NCBI GenBank assembly: GCA_965230295.1
Contig: OZ246001.1
Coordinates: forward strand, 3,104,001-3,168,000
Source: Marinicella sp.
GTDB taxonomy: Bacteria > Pseudomonadota > Gammaproteobacteria > Xanthomonadales > Marinicellaceae
Reading direction: 5' to 3'
Length of the DNA: 64,000 nucleotides
Notes under the pieces: generated by a model
Told to the model about the DNA's origin: nothing
Seen by the model: the letters and a program-made list of their open reading frames with translations, nothing else
Database searches by the model: none
In this document: piece by piece, positions 21,284 through 32,018 of the stretch
Layout of the letters: the number at the start of each line of letters is the position of its first letter
How positions within the stretch are numbered: the first letter of the stretch is position 1
Program-made: the position numbers and the translations under genes

Positions 21284-22555
21284 TCAGTCCTCATACTTGG
21301 TTTTAAACCGTTCATAAAGCGCTTGCTGACGGGTGTGTAACTCAATCTCCCTGCCATCGATATAAGCTTCTGTGATTTGATTGCCGCGCATATCCAGAGC
21401 ATCTCCTTCACTGATGAAAAAAGTGGCACTTTTACCAATCTCTAAGGATCCATAGTTTTCTTCAACTCCCAATATCTTGGCTGCATTTAATGTGATCATG
21501 CTCAAGGCGTCATTGATGTCATTGCCATAGGCCACTGTGGTGCCAGCTGTAAAAGCTAAGTTCCTGGAACTCATCGATCCTGGGTAGCTCAGGGCCGTTA
21601 AGATTCCGGCCTTCTGCAGTTTTGCTGGCAAGGCATAAGCGGCATCTACCGAACTGTCACTGAGGTGGGGCAGGGAGTGAACTGATCTCAATATCACACT
21701 CACACCGGAATCCTTGATGAAATCAATGACCTTTTCTGCAGCCTGGTCGGTAACAACGACTACATTTGATGGAGTCTCTAGTGATTGAAAATATTGTACG
21801 CCTTCAATGATGGACTTGGGGTTGTTGGTGTGGAGAAAGATGGTCTTTTCACCCGTAAAGACCGGTTTGACTGCATTGAGTTTTACATTGGTATTGCTGG
21901 TATCTGCTTTGGCATCAGTAAAGATCTGTTTGATTTTATGCACCTTATGTGCATATTTTTTGTCTTCTTTGAGTTGCATGGTGAACGTGCTGAAATCAAA
22001 CTTTTTTGACCACTGAGCGGGCCAATTGATGTGAATGCCATTATCGGCTTTCACCACCGCATCTTCCCAATTCCAGGCATCCAAGTGAACCACAGAGGAT
22101 GTGCCGCTGATTAGACCTCCAGAAGGCGTTATTTGGGCCAGGAGAATGCCGTTAAACCGCATAGTAGGGATGCGTTCTGAATCGGTGTTGAAAGATGTCA
22201 GGCTGCGTATATTGGGATTCAGTTGTCCTGTCTCGCTGGTGTCAACAGTGGCCCTCACTGCATCAATTTCAGTCAGGCCTAAATTGGTGTTAGCGAGAAT
22301 GAACCCTGGATAAATGTGCTGCCCTTTGAGGTCGATTTCTTTTCCAGTAGCAGCCATCCTGTAATAGCCAGCTCGAGTGATTTTCCCATCTGCTATAGCA
22401 AATTGAGCATTCTCTAATACCTGTCCATTGCCCACATGTATGTTGGCATTGATGAAGATTTTTTCTACAGGTTTTCCGTCATTGGGTACAGGAGTGATGG
22501 CTTGCGCAGTCAAAGCCGAGATTAAAAATAAGGAGGTGGTCATAAATTTTTTCAT
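21284..22555 (-). CDS. Secreted amidohydrolase-family protein (partner subunit, metal ligands degenerate)
   Basis: Signal peptide; IYPGFI...LGLTEIDAVRAT; ITLNAAKILG...GSLEIGKSA. Confidence 0.82.
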   Translation of the reverse strand: MKKFMTTSLFLISALTAQAITPVPNDGKPVEKIFINANIHVGNGQVLENAQFAIADGKITRAGYYRMAATGKEIDLKGQHIYPGFILANTNLGLTEIDAVRATVDTSETGQLNPNIRSLTSFNTDSERIPTMRFNGILLAQITPSGGLISGTSSVVHLDAWNWEDAVVKADNGIHINWPAQWSKKFDFSTFTMQLKEDKKYAHKVHKIKQIFTDAKADTSNTNVKLNAVKPVFTGEKTIFLHTNNPKSIIEGVQYFQSLETPSNVVVVTDQAAEKVIDFIKDSGVSVILRSVHSLPHLSDSSVDAAYALPAKLQKAGILTALSYPGSMSSRNLAFTAGTTVAYGNDINDALSMITLNAAKILGVEENYGSLEIGKSATFFISEGDALDMRGNQITEAYIDGREIELHTRQQALYERFKTKYED

Positions 22556-25500
22556 TGTGCTGCTCCATGAAAAAGTAAGTGGTCAATGTGTTCATAGCCG
22601 GTGATGCTCTCACATTCAAAAGTTTTGGCAGGTTTTGATTTGCGTTTTGATTTTTTACCTTTGGTGTTTCTGCTGGCTGTGATTAACCTGTTTTTCTCTT
22701 CAGCAATCATGGCTTCAAGCTTGGGTTGTTGTGAGCGATCGAAATAGATGGTGCCATCAACCATGGTTTTCTCAGCTTTGGCATAAATAGAAAGTGGATT
22801 GTGAGACCACAAAACCAGATCAGCATCTTTACCTGCTTTGATACTGCCCATGCGATCATCTAGGTGCAACAATTTAGCAGGGTTCAAAGTCACCAACTTC
22901 CAGGCATCTTCTTCTGACAAGCCACCATATTTAATTGACTTAGCGGCTTCTTGGTTTAACCGTCGTGACATCTCCCCTGAATCGGAGTTGATGGCGGTAA
23001 CCACCCCGGCATTGTTCATCAAGGCCGCATTGTAAGGAATGGCATAATTGACTTCCCATTTGTAGGCCCACCAATCAGAAAAAGTTGATGCGCCCACGCC
23101 ATGTTGTTGCATTTTATCTGCCAATTTATAGCCTTCTAGAATGTGGGTGAAAGTGTTGATGTAGAAACCAAAATCATCGGCCACATGCATCAGCATATTG
23201 ATCTCGGACTGTACGTATGAATGACAGGACACAAAACGATCCTGATTAAGCACTTCTAATGTGGCCTCCATGACCAAATCCCTTCGAGGTGCTGTTGCAT
23301 TCTTTTTGGCACTTCTGCTGAGTTTGTTGTAGTCATCCCAAGCCTTTTCATAGGCTTTGGCTTGGGTGAAGGCATCACGGAAAACCTGCTCAACCCCCAT
23401 TCTTGTTAATGGATATCGGATAGATTTGTTGTTTCTGGAACGTTTGACATTTTCACCCAATGCAAATTTGATGAAGCCATCAGCCCCTTCAATTAACATG
23501 TCCTCAGGTCGATCAACGCCCCAGCGCATCTTGATCAAAGCCGATTGACCTCCTATGGGGTTGGCTGAACCATGTAGCAGTTGTGCCGCAGTAACACCAC
23601 CTGATAAGTTGCGATAAATATTCACGTCATGTGGGTTGATGGCATCTTGCATCCTGACCATGGATGAATTGACCGCAATGTCATTGACGGAGAGCAGGGC
23701 GATGTGGGCATGCTCATCGATGATGCCACTGGTTAAGTGCATGTCAGTGCCATCGATTTCCAGGCCGTTGTTTCCGATCGATAAGTCTTTGCCTATTTTT
23801 TGGATGGTGCCACCCTCGACCATCACATCTGTGTTCAATAAGATGCCTTCTGATTCGTTGGTCCATACAGTGGCATTTTTGATGAGCACTTGATTGTGTT
23901 CTATAGGATCTGCCATTCCATAAGCAGTGAATGGGCTTGGTATGGTTGGCATTTCAACAACATCAGATTTGTTTGGGTCTACATCAGCTGATTCAGTTTC
24001 CAAGTCAGTTGATCTGGCAACAGACCAATTGGCCGGTTCTATGGGGGTCAATTGACGACCACTGATCAAAGCGAGGTACTCATGTGATTCAGTTTCACTT
24101 GTCATTGTCAGGGTAAGAAAACTGCCTGCAGCTTTGATTTTGTATTTGTGTTCATCTTCATCATCAGCCGCAATTTTTAATTTGCCCATATCATCTGATA
24201 ATTTGAAGGTAAATGTTTGGTCTGCATCGGTCAGTACATATTGACCTGGATGTAATTTGGGTAAACCTTTGGCCACATGAGGTATGCCGGCGACCCAGGT
24301 TTCTGCGATGTAGGTTTGCTTGTCCAAAATCGGGCCATTTGTGACGATAAAATTTGCCAGCTTTCCGGTCTCGAGGCTACCAATGTCCTGATTATCTAGA
24401 ATTCGAGCAGGAATGGTGGTTAATGCCCTGAGGGCGGTTTGTTTATTGAGCCCTTTTTCATGTGCGGCTCTGAGGTCTTTTAGGAAGCTGTCAATGCCTT
24501 TGGCTGAACCATCAGGCACCAAAGCGAATTCAACACCGTGTTGATCCAGTAGTGCCGGGTTAAATGGCGCCACTTCCCAGGCTTTTAAATCTTTATAATT
24601 GACATTCCAGGCATCAAGCTCGTTATTTACAGTGGGTGCTCCAGGCGTGCTGAGGGGCACGATTAATGTCTGTTTGCTGTCTTTAATGGCTTGCAGGTTC
24701 TGGAAAGAGTCAGCGGCCGTTTTTACCACAAACCGGGTGTTGAACTCTTTGGCGATTTTTTCAGCCAACAGGCTTTCTTGCCATTTATCAACACTGATGA
24801 TCTTTGGCAGGTCCTTGTTGTCATTGATGGCTGCCAAATCAAAATCAATCATTTCGTTCTGTTGCTGGTACCAACTGGCATCTAACCAAGTTTGTCTTAT
24901 CAAAGCAACATATCCCATCAATGAGATGGGGTAGTCTTGTTTTGAAGAGCCTTTATCAAATGAAAAATGCTGAGCAGCTCTGGCATCAATGATATTCAGT
25001 TCATCAGCCTGGTTGGCCAAGTGTGTCAAAACTGAAGTGCCTCGCATCACACCATCTTTTCTGTGACTGAGCGCAGTGGTGAAACCTGCAGCCCTGTATT
25101 TGGCATTGCTTTTTTCATCATTGCTGTAGTTTTCTGCTGCATTCCAGGATGCTTTGATGGCTTCATTGCTGTTGTATGCGCCAGAAATGGTGCTGTTGAT
25201 GGTTTCAGCCTTGCTCCAGACAAAAGGTGCTTTTGGTTCAGCTTCTGGTAACCCAATGTTGCTGTCCAGGTGGATAAAACCTGGGTAAATGTGCAGGCCC
25301 GAGTAGTCAACGGTTGCCGCATGGTCAGGAACTTTGTTGTCTTTTTCAATACCAACAATGCGGTCATTTTGAAACAACAATGTGGCGTTTTTAATGGTTG
25401 TAACAGAATCAATATGGATGGTTGCATGGGTCAAGGCCGTCATGGTGTTGCGGTTATCAACATTGCCGTTGACGACATCAGTGGGCACTTGTGCAGCTTG

Positions 25501-25557
25501 GGTCATTTGGCTGCACGCAAGTACAGCCCAAGCTGAAAATTTGAGTTTTAGTTTCAT
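22552..25557 (-). CDS. Secreted two-domain amidohydrolase
   Basis: Two amidohydrolase domains; the C-terminal one has IIDEHAHI, HGSANPIGG, KFALGENVK, INSD. Confidence 0.85.
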   Translation of the reverse strand: MKLKLKFSAWAVLACSQMTQAAQVPTDVVNGNVDNRNTMTALTHATIHIDSVTTIKNATLLFQNDRIVGIEKDNKVPDHAATVDYSGLHIYPGFIHLDSNIGLPEAEPKAPFVWSKAETINSTISGAYNSNEAIKASWNAAENYSNDEKSNAKYRAAGFTTALSHRKDGVMRGTSVLTHLANQADELNIIDARAAQHFSFDKGSSKQDYPISLMGYVALIRQTWLDASWYQQQNEMIDFDLAAINDNKDLPKIISVDKWQESLLAEKIAKEFNTRFVVKTAADSFQNLQAIKDSKQTLIVPLSTPGAPTVNNELDAWNVNYKDLKAWEVAPFNPALLDQHGVEFALVPDGSAKGIDSFLKDLRAAHEKGLNKQTALRALTTIPARILDNQDIGSLETGKLANFIVTNGPILDKQTYIAETWVAGIPHVAKGLPKLHPGQYVLTDADQTFTFKLSDDMGKLKIAADDEDEHKYKIKAAGSFLTLTMTSETESHEYLALISGRQLTPIEPANWSVARSTDLETESADVDPNKSDVVEMPTIPSPFTAYGMADPIEHNQVLIKNATVWTNESEGILLNTDVMVEGGTIQKIGKDLSIGNNGLEIDGTDMHLTSGIIDEHAHIALLSVNDIAVNSSMVRMQDAINPHDVNIYRNLSGGVTAAQLLHGSANPIGGQSALIKMRWGVDRPEDMLIEGADGFIKFALGENVKRSRNNKSIRYPLTRMGVEQVFRDAFTQAKAYEKAWDDYNKLSRSAKKNATAPRRDLVMEATLEVLNQDRFVSCHSYVQSEINMLMHVADDFGFYINTFTHILEGYKLADKMQQHGVGASTFSDWWAYKWEVNYAIPYNAALMNNAGVVTAINSDSGEMSRRLNQEAAKSIKYGGLSEEDAWKLVTLNPAKLLHLDDRMGSIKAGKDADLVLWSHNPLSIYAKAEKTMVDGTIYFDRSQQPKLEAMIAEEKNRLITASRNTKGKKSKRKSKPAKTFECESITGYEHIDHLLFHGAAQ

Positions 25558-26075
25558 TATTTTCCTAGCTTAAGAAGTCGAGTTAAAAGTTTAGAGGTGG
25601 TTACCGGATCTCTGAATAACCAGGCATGATGTAGTGCGCGGTTAACTTCAGAACCAATGATGGTGTGTACCTTGTTACCATCAATGTAAACTTGAGTTCC
25701 TGAGTCCGGAGAGAAATAGAACTGCCAGCGGTCGAATCGATTGGTTTCAGGCAGTTTTTTGATCAAGCGATTGATGATGACTTGATTGAATTTGATGGCT
25801 TCGGGGTCTTTGATTTGGTTTTCCAGCAGTTCCCTGAAGTGGAGATCAACTTGTTCTTTGCTGGTTGTTGGAGCCAACCATTCAAGATCAAATTGAATGA
25901 CTTGCACGCCGTTTCGAATGTCATTGATGTCATGCACACCTTTGGGTGCCATGAGGTTGATGCGGTAAGGGGTTTTGTAGCCCCAAGTGATTTCTGCTTC
26001 ACCTACTTTAACCCACTGTTCAGGGTCGGTGTTTACACCGCTCAGTAACAATGCCAGCATGATAAAAAATTTCAT
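25557..26075 (-). CDS. Secreted protein, chalcone-isomerase-like fold (tentative)
   Basis: Signal peptide; C-terminal FSPDSGTQVYIDG...IIGSEVNRALHHAWL resembles bacterial chalcone-isomerase-like proteins. Confidence 0.5.
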   Translation of the reverse strand: MKFFIMLALLLSGVNTDPEQWVKVGEAEITWGYKTPYRINLMAPKGVHDINDIRNGVQVIQFDLEWLAPTTSKEQVDLHFRELLENQIKDPEAIKFNQVIINRLIKKLPETNRFDRWQFYFSPDSGTQVYIDGNKVHTIIGSEVNRALHHAWLFRDPVTTSKLLTRLLKLGK

Positions 26076-26202
26076 ACTTTTATTGTACTTGAATATTTTG
26101 GGGTCTACACTGAAATTTTGTTAAACAATTCTCAGAAATCAATACCACAGGGCAGAATTAATCAGGACTTTACAATTGTCGAAAAAGATAAGCAAGGAAG
26201 GT

Positions 26203-26279
26203 TGGTGGCTATACCGGGACTTGAACCTGGGACCCCAGCATTATGAATGCTGTGCTCTAACCAACTGAGCTATATAGCC
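26203..26279 (-). tRNA. tRNA-Met(CAT), elongator type
   Basis: GGCTATATAGCTCAGTTGGTTAGAGC...CAGCA-TTCATAA-TGCTG...CCA; TTGACA-17 bp-GAAAAT promoter upstream. Confidence 0.93.
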
Positions 26280-26365
26280 ACGAGAGCGCGAATTTTCTAT
26301 GTAAATGACCCATTTGTCAAGTGCTTCAAATAAAAAATAATTCAAAAGTCCCTCAGGCTGACGTT

Positions 26366-26674
26366 TTAGTGCTTGGAGCCTGCATCAGGTGTTGGCTGAG
26401 TTTTGTATAAGATTAAATAAATCATGGGTGCAATTGACCCTGTGGCACAGGTGGCGATGATCCAGGGCCAGGGGTTTCGTCCTGTCTTTTTGGCATCTTG
26501 CCACAGCCACACCAAAAACAAAGCCAGTGCGATGACTAAGTCAGTCAGCACCTGAATGCCTGCAAAACTGCTCAATTGAAATGTGAACAGTCCCACATAA
26601 CCGTGGTGCCACAAGGCAATTCCAGTCAAAGCTAAAAATAACAACAACGTGATGCTCAAGCCAATTTTTTTCAT
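26366..26674 (-). CDS. Small membrane protein (DUF2834-like)
   Basis: Three TM segments; QVLTDLVIAL...WLWQDA...GSIAPMIYL. Confidence 0.7.
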   Translation of the reverse strand: MKKIGLSITLLLFLALTGIALWHHGYVGLFTFQLSSFAGIQVLTDLVIALALFLVWLWQDAKKTGRNPWPWIIATCATGSIAPMIYLILYKTQPTPDAGSKH

Positions 26675-26734
26675 GTGTTTACTCCGTATAAATATTCAGT
26701 GGAGGTATGATGCCTGTTGTGGTGTAATGTGGCC

Positions 26735-26751
26735 ATTACCTCAGAGGTCAT
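26735..26751. promoter_or_regulatory. Palindromic operator candidate between divergent genes
   Basis: ATTACCTC-A-GAGGTCAT just before the regulator start. Confidence 0.5.
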
Positions 26752-26756
26752 GTGAC

Positions 26757-27554
26757 ATGAAATTTAACACCTTGGCACCCAAGACCACCCAAGTTGGTGA
26801 CATATTGCGGTTTTGGCGGCATCAAAAAAGAATCAGTCAAATGGATCTGGCCATGGACATCGGCATCTCAACACGTCACCTGAGTTTTTTAGAGAATGGT
26901 AAATCGCTGCCGAGCAAAGAAATGGTGCTGTACCTGGGGCAAGCCTTGCAATTGCCATACCGTCAGCAAAACAGTCTGTTGTTGGCGGCCGGCTTCGCAC
27001 CGCAGTTCAAAGAACAAAACCTGGATAGCGATGAATTGCAAGTGGTGCATCAAGCCTTACAACAGCTCCTGAAAAACCACGACCCGTTGCCCGCATTGGT
27101 GATTAACAGCCGTTACGATATCCTAATGCACAACACCGGCTATGAATCGTTTATTGCGGCTTTGTTAGGAGAGCATATACTGTCAGAATATTCCAATGCA
27201 TTGGAGCTGTTCTTTGCTGAAGATGGTTTAAAGCCCCACATCAAAAACTGGCAAGTGGCGGCTCCAATGTTGTACACCAGAGTTTGTGAAGAAGCTTTCA
27301 GTACACAAGATCCTTGGCTGCTGGATTGGGTGAACTCAGTGGACTTTGACATGCCTGCTGAAGGACTTGGTCAGGTCATGAATTATGGTTTGCCCATGTT
27401 CACATTAGAGTTATCAATCAATGGACAAATAGGTCGATTTTTCACCACCATAGCAACGATCGGTACGCCTTTGGATTTAACCACTCAAGAAATCAGGTTG
27501 GAAATGTTGTATCCAGCTGATACAGCCACCCAAAGTTTGTTCAAATCAACTTGA
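26757..27554 (+). CDS. XRE-family HTH regulator with MmyB-like ligand-binding domain
   Basis: SQMDLA...ISTRHLSFLENGKSLPS; C-terminal FFTTIATIGTPLDLTTQEIRLEMLYPAD; start placed at MKFNT. Confidence 0.88.
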   Translation: MKFNTLAPKTTQVGDILRFWRHQKRISQMDLAMDIGISTRHLSFLENGKSLPSKEMVLYLGQALQLPYRQQNSLLLAAGFAPQFKEQNLDSDELQVVHQALQQLLKNHDPLPALVINSRYDILMHNTGYESFIAALLGEHILSEYSNALELFFAEDGLKPHIKNWQVAAPMLYTRVCEEAFSTQDPWLLDWVNSVDFDMPAEGLGQVMNYGLPMFTLELSINGQIGRFFTTIATIGTPLDLTTQEIRLEMLYPADTATQSLFKST

Positions 27555-29153
27555 TCAGACTTTCAAAGTTTCTGTGGTGTTGTGGAATCTGATGTCTGGA
27601 TGACGTTCCTGTGCCAACTGTAAATTAACCATAGAGGGGGCCAAATAGACCAGGTGCCCATGGGCATCATTGGCCAGGTAAGTTTCATTTTTGTTTCTGA
27701 ATTGTTGCATTTTCTTCTCGTCATCTGAATCAACCCAGTAAGCCGTTCTGGTTTCTACATTTTCAAAAATGGCTTCCACGTTGTACTCACGTTTCAAACG
27801 GTATGCAACGACTTCAAATTGCAACACACCCACTGCACCCAAAATCAATTCATTACTGACCAATGGTTTGAAAAACTGAGTGGCACCTTCTTCTGACAAC
27901 TGAGCCAAGCCTTTTTGTAAGGCTTTGAGTTTCAATGGGTCTTTCAAGCGTGCTCTGCGAAACAACTCTGGTGCGAAACTGGGAATGCCAGTGAATTGCA
28001 TGATCTCACCTTCACTGAAAGAATCGCCAATACTGATGGTGCCGTGGTTGTGAATGCCAATGATGTCCCCTGGGTAAGCGTGTTCAACATGTTCTCTTTG
28101 TTCGGCCAGAAAGGTCAGGGCATTGGGAATTTTCACGTCTTTTTCGGTGCGTGAATTTTTCAGTTTCATACCTTGGCTGAATACCCCGGAACAGATGCGC
28201 ATAAAGGCCACACGATCGCGGTGATTGGGATCCATGTTGGCTTGAATTTTGAATACAAAGCCTGAGCATTTGTTTTCACTGGGTTCTACAATTCGATCCA
28301 AGGTGGCACGCGGTTGTGGTGCCGGGGCGTGTTCTGCAAACGAATCCAGCAGTGGTTGCACACCGAAGTTGTTAATCGCTGAGCCAAAAAACACCGGTGA
28401 CAAATCACCTTTTAAATAAGCATCCAGATCAAACTTATTGGAAGCACCTTCAACCAATTCAATCTCTTCCCTGAAATCATCGGCCGCTGTACCCAGTGCT
28501 TCATCCAATTCTTTGGAATCCAAGCCTTTGATGATGATGGCTTCCTGGGTCTCGTAGTTTTTGCCTGCCTCATACAGCATCACTTCGTCATTAATGAAAT
28601 GATATACCCCTTTGAGCCTCTTACCCATGCCAATGGGCCATGTAATGGGCGCACATTTTATTTTTAAGACATCTTCTACCTCATCCAACAAGTCGATGGG
28701 GTCTTTTCCTTCACGATCGAGCTTGTTGATAAAGGTGTAAATTGGGGTGGTGCGTAAGCGACATACCTCCATCAACTTGATGGTTCGTTCCTCTACACCT
28801 TTGGCACAGTCAATCACCATCAAAGCAGAATCAACAGCGGTCAAAGTGCGATAGGTGTCTTCAGAGAAGTCGGCATGACCTGGTGTATCCAGCAGGTTCA
28901 TGGTGCGGCCCTTATAGGGGAATTGCATGATGGAAGAGGTGATTGAAATACCCCGTTCCTGTTCCATCGCCATCCAATCAGAAGTGGCGTGGCGATCGGC
29001 TTTTCTTGATTTAACAGAACCAGCAACCTGAATGGCTCCACCAAACAACAGAATTTTTTCGGTGATGGTGGTTTTACCCGCATCAGGATGCGAAATGATG
29101 GCAAATGTCCTGCGGTTTAAGTATTCAGGTTTGCCTGTGTTTTGATCAGCCAT
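27555..29153 (-). CDS. prfC: Peptide chain release factor 3
   Basis: [44 protein letters not shown]. Confidence 0.99.
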   Translation of the reverse strand: MADQNTGKPEYLNRRTFAIISHPDAGKTTITEKILLFGGAIQVAGSVKSRKADRHATSDWMAMEQERGISITSSIMQFPYKGRTMNLLDTPGHADFSEDTYRTLTAVDSALMVIDCAKGVEERTIKLMEVCRLRTTPIYTFINKLDREGKDPIDLLDEVEDVLKIKCAPITWPIGMGKRLKGVYHFINDEVMLYEAGKNYETQEAIIIKGLDSKELDEALGTAADDFREEIELVEGASNKFDLDAYLKGDLSPVFFGSAINNFGVQPLLDSFAEHAPAPQPRATLDRIVEPSENKCSGFVFKIQANMDPNHRDRVAFMRICSGVFSQGMKLKNSRTEKDVKIPNALTFLAEQREHVEHAYPGDIIGIHNHGTISIGDSFSEGEIMQFTGIPSFAPELFRRARLKDPLKLKALQKGLAQLSEEGATQFFKPLVSNELILGAVGVLQFEVVAYRLKREYNVEAIFENVETRTAYWVDSDDEKKMQQFRNKNETYLANDAHGHLVYLAPSMVNLQLAQERHPDIRFHNTTETLKV

Positions 29154-29207
29154 GGTGTGGAGCGCCCCATTAAATTAAGGGGCGCATTTTACACCATTGG
29201 TTCGCGA

Positions 29208-31517
29208 TTAAAAAGTCAATCTAAAGCCAGCAGAGATGCTGCGACCAGGGCGAGGTGCAAGATCTTTGATGAATGAGGCGTGATCGCGGATTTCTTCATC
29301 CAATAAGTTTGAAGCTTTGATGAATACCAAGGTTTCAAATTGGTCAGTGTAGTGTGTCCAATTGACGCTCAAGTCCAATAAGTCATAGCCTTCAGTAGGC
29401 AACTCAAATGGCGCCAAAGTGGATTGTCTGCCCACATGGGTGTGATCCAGAGAAGCAGACCAGGCACCTCGCATCCAATCAATGTTCACACCGAAACGCT
29501 CGGCAGGAATGCGTGGTACATTTTCGCCGGTATTCAATTCGGCTTCTGTCATATCAGCAAACACACGGAATGCCCAATGGTTGTTGTATGAATCTGAAAA
29601 TTCATAACCCAAGTCTGTTTCGAACCCCATGAAAGTACTGTTTTGTTGTGTATATTCAAAGATGGGTGTTTCTTCTTCCTCTAAACCAGTGTCTCGCAAA
29701 AAGATTAAATCATCAATTTGGTTGTAGAAGAAAGACAGGTTGAAAGTCAAACCATCTTTACGGTAACGCAAACCCAAATCCAAGTTGTTGGCGGTTTCAT
29801 GGGTTAAATTTGGATTACCAATTTCAATGGTTGAAGTGGCCAAATGGGGCACCAACTCTCCGCCACCTGATTGGTTAGAGAATAATTCTTCTGCAGTGGC
29901 CAAGCGTTGAGCAGATGATAGGTTTACAGGTATAGTCCAATGTTCATTCAAATCAAAAGTGGCTCCTAATGAAACGCTCAAGGCAGAGTCATCAATATCA
30001 TTAAACAATGCTGTGTTGACAGATTGGTCATCATACCGCAAACCAAATTCAGCATGCCAACTGTCAAAATCCCTTTCTTCAATTAGGAACAGGCTCCAAA
30101 TTTGAGTGTCAGAAGGCAGGATGTATGCTTCTTCACCAACAGCTGAAAAATCACGGTTTGAAAATTGAACACCCCAAACGCCTTCAAACCCATTGAGGTG
30201 GTTGTGGCTTAACTCGAGCCTGAATTCATCGGCTTCGTTGTCAAATACAGTTCCAATTTCATCACCTTCTAATTCGATGTGTTGATAGTCTGTGTTTGAA
30301 TAGTGTGTTCTTAATTGGCTGATAAAACCATTGTCATCAAAACGGTGTAATCCGCGGATGTTGAAAACCGATTTATCTAAGTCAATGCGAACAATTTCTT
30401 CTTCCTCTTCCTCTTCATCGGCGCCATGATCGTCATCATGATGGTCATCTTCGTGGCCATGTTCATGGCCTGGGATTCCATAATTGCGATCAAAATCAGA
30501 ATATGAAACGCCCCAATACCCATTGTCGTTGAAGAATGAAAAACCGACATTGAAACCGTTAGAATCAATTGAAGAATTTTCTAGCAAACCAGTGGCTTCT
30601 TCCTCTTCTTCCTCGTCATCATCATGACCTTCAGAGTCATGCAAGATTTCTGATTCAGCAGATCCTGGAATTTCATAGTCATCAGTTTGGCTGTCAAAGT
30701 AACTGAAATGGCCTGCAAATTGCTCATTGAAACCAAAATTCAAGGACAATACACCCGCACGCTCGCCTATGGCACTGTCAGAGAAGCGGCCTTCAATACC
30801 ACCGGTCAATCCATCAATGGGTTGGGTCGGTATGATTTCATCAACCACATTCACCAAGCCACCAACAGCACCTCCACCATACAACAAGGTGGCTGGCCCT
30901 TTTAAAACTTCGACTTGTTTGGCCAACAAAGGCTCAGAAGTGATCCAGTGATCAGGTGATACGGCTGCTGCATCTTGTACCGTGATGTTGTTGTTCAGTA
31001 CCAGGACGCGAGGGCCTTGTTGGCCACGGATTACAATTTGACCAGCCCCCAGTCCAAAACTGCCTGAATTCACACCACTGATTTGGGTCAGGGTTTGGTC
31101 GAGAGACAATCCTCGGTCGACCACCAAATCCTCTTCAGTCAGAATAGTCACTGGAGTGGTCATTTCTAACTGGCTTTTGTCTAACGGATTAGCAGTGACT
31201 ACCAATTCTTCGAGATTGGTTTCATCGATGTTGAGTGTCAGGGCTTCTCCATCATGATTGATCATGGTGTGGAAGTGGATGTTATTGGATGCCTCAACAT
31301 CCAATTCGTATTCACCGAAAGGTAAATCAGCGAATGAAAACTCACCTTGTTGGTTGGTGGTTACTGGGGGACGATCTGCGCCCTTGAGTTTAATCAATGC
31401 ACCAGCGATATTTTGGTCCTGGGTATTGATCAGGCGTCCATTAAGGTCGCCGTTATTTTGTGCAAATGCAACGCTGGAAAAAATTGTTACCAGCAGTAAT
31501 AAATATTTCATGTTCAA
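29208..31517 (-). CDS. TonB-dependent receptor, ZnuD-like, with N-terminal carboxypeptidase-regulatory-like domain
   Basis: EELVVTA TonB box, EVLKGPATLLYGGGAVGG plug, His/Asp/Glu-rich loops, C-terminal RDHASFIKDLAPRPGR...F. Confidence 0.88.
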   Translation of the reverse strand: MNMKYLLLLVTIFSSVAFAQNNGDLNGRLINTQDQNIAGALIKLKGADRPPVTTNQQGEFSFADLPFGEYELDVEASNNIHFHTMINHDGEALTLNIDETNLEELVVTANPLDKSQLEMTTPVTILTEEDLVVDRGLSLDQTLTQISGVNSGSFGLGAGQIVIRGQQGPRVLVLNNNITVQDAAAVSPDHWITSEPLLAKQVEVLKGPATLLYGGGAVGGLVNVVDEIIPTQPIDGLTGGIEGRFSDSAIGERAGVLSLNFGFNEQFAGHFSYFDSQTDDYEIPGSAESEILHDSEGHDDDEEEEEEATGLLENSSIDSNGFNVGFSFFNDNGYWGVSYSDFDRNYGIPGHEHGHEDDHHDDDHGADEEEEEEEIVRIDLDKSVFNIRGLHRFDDNGFISQLRTHYSNTDYQHIELEGDEIGTVFDNEADEFRLELSHNHLNGFEGVWGVQFSNRDFSAVGEEAYILPSDTQIWSLFLIEERDFDSWHAEFGLRYDDQSVNTALFNDIDDSALSVSLGATFDLNEHWTIPVNLSSAQRLATAEELFSNQSGGGELVPHLATSTIEIGNPNLTHETANNLDLGLRYRKDGLTFNLSFFYNQIDDLIFLRDTGLEEEETPIFEYTQQNSTFMGFETDLGYEFSDSYNNHWAFRVFADMTEAELNTGENVPRIPAERFGVNIDWMRGAWSASLDHTHVGRQSTLAPFELPTEGYDLLDLSVNWTHYTDQFETLVFIKASNLLDEEIRDHASFIKDLAPRPGRSISAGFRLTF

Positions 31518-31622
31518 CTCTCATCATTTTAGACTGTAATCAGCCCATATCAAATAAACCTGCTACTGCCATAACAATACGGAAAGTCTATAAGCAGAAC
31601 CAGGGGGTTCGTTCTTTGTGGT

Positions 31623-31898
31623 TTAAATGAATGAGAATTGAGGAGGTCCCCGAATGGGGTCATTATCTTGGTTTGTGACATCAACAAATGATTTGATCCA
31701 CAGTTCATTGATTTGATTGGCGTTAAGGACTCGCAGTTGTGGCTTGTCATCTATTGAAATCAAGCCATCGTCCATAGCCTTGCCATACAAACAAACTTCA
31801 CAAACAGCATCGTCGTGTACAGTCACTTCATGTGCCAAATGGGCACTGAGCGACAACACAAAAATAAAAGTAAAAATATGTAGCCATTTGTGGGTCAT
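31623..31898 (-). CDS. DUF2946-like small protein (hydrophobic N-terminus, His, CxxC, C-terminal RGPP)
   Basis: AHLAHE...HDDAVCEVC...PIRGPP upstream of the TonB receptor; start at MTHKW. Confidence 0.7.
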   Translation of the reverse strand: MTHKWLHIFTFIFVLSLSAHLAHEVTVHDDAVCEVCLYGKAMDDGLISIDDKPQLRVLNANQINELWIKSFVDVTNQDNDPIRGPPQFSFI

Positions 31899-32018
31899 CG
31901 CCACATTATAGGCTGGCACAGACAGATATCAATAGGTAAGAAGTATAATTTTAAGTGGTTTTTAACACTTCAAACCACCCACAACGACTCAGTAATGGGT
32001 GGTTATAATTTGAAATGG

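Noticed and set aside
30395-30630. GAA/GAT/CAT-rich simple repeats as phase-variation tracts
   Set aside because: They are in-frame codons for His/Asp/Glu-rich loops typical of ZnuD-like receptors
31551-31585. Zur box before the ZnuD-like receptor
   Set aside because: Only a TGTTAT half-site; the ATAACA half is missing
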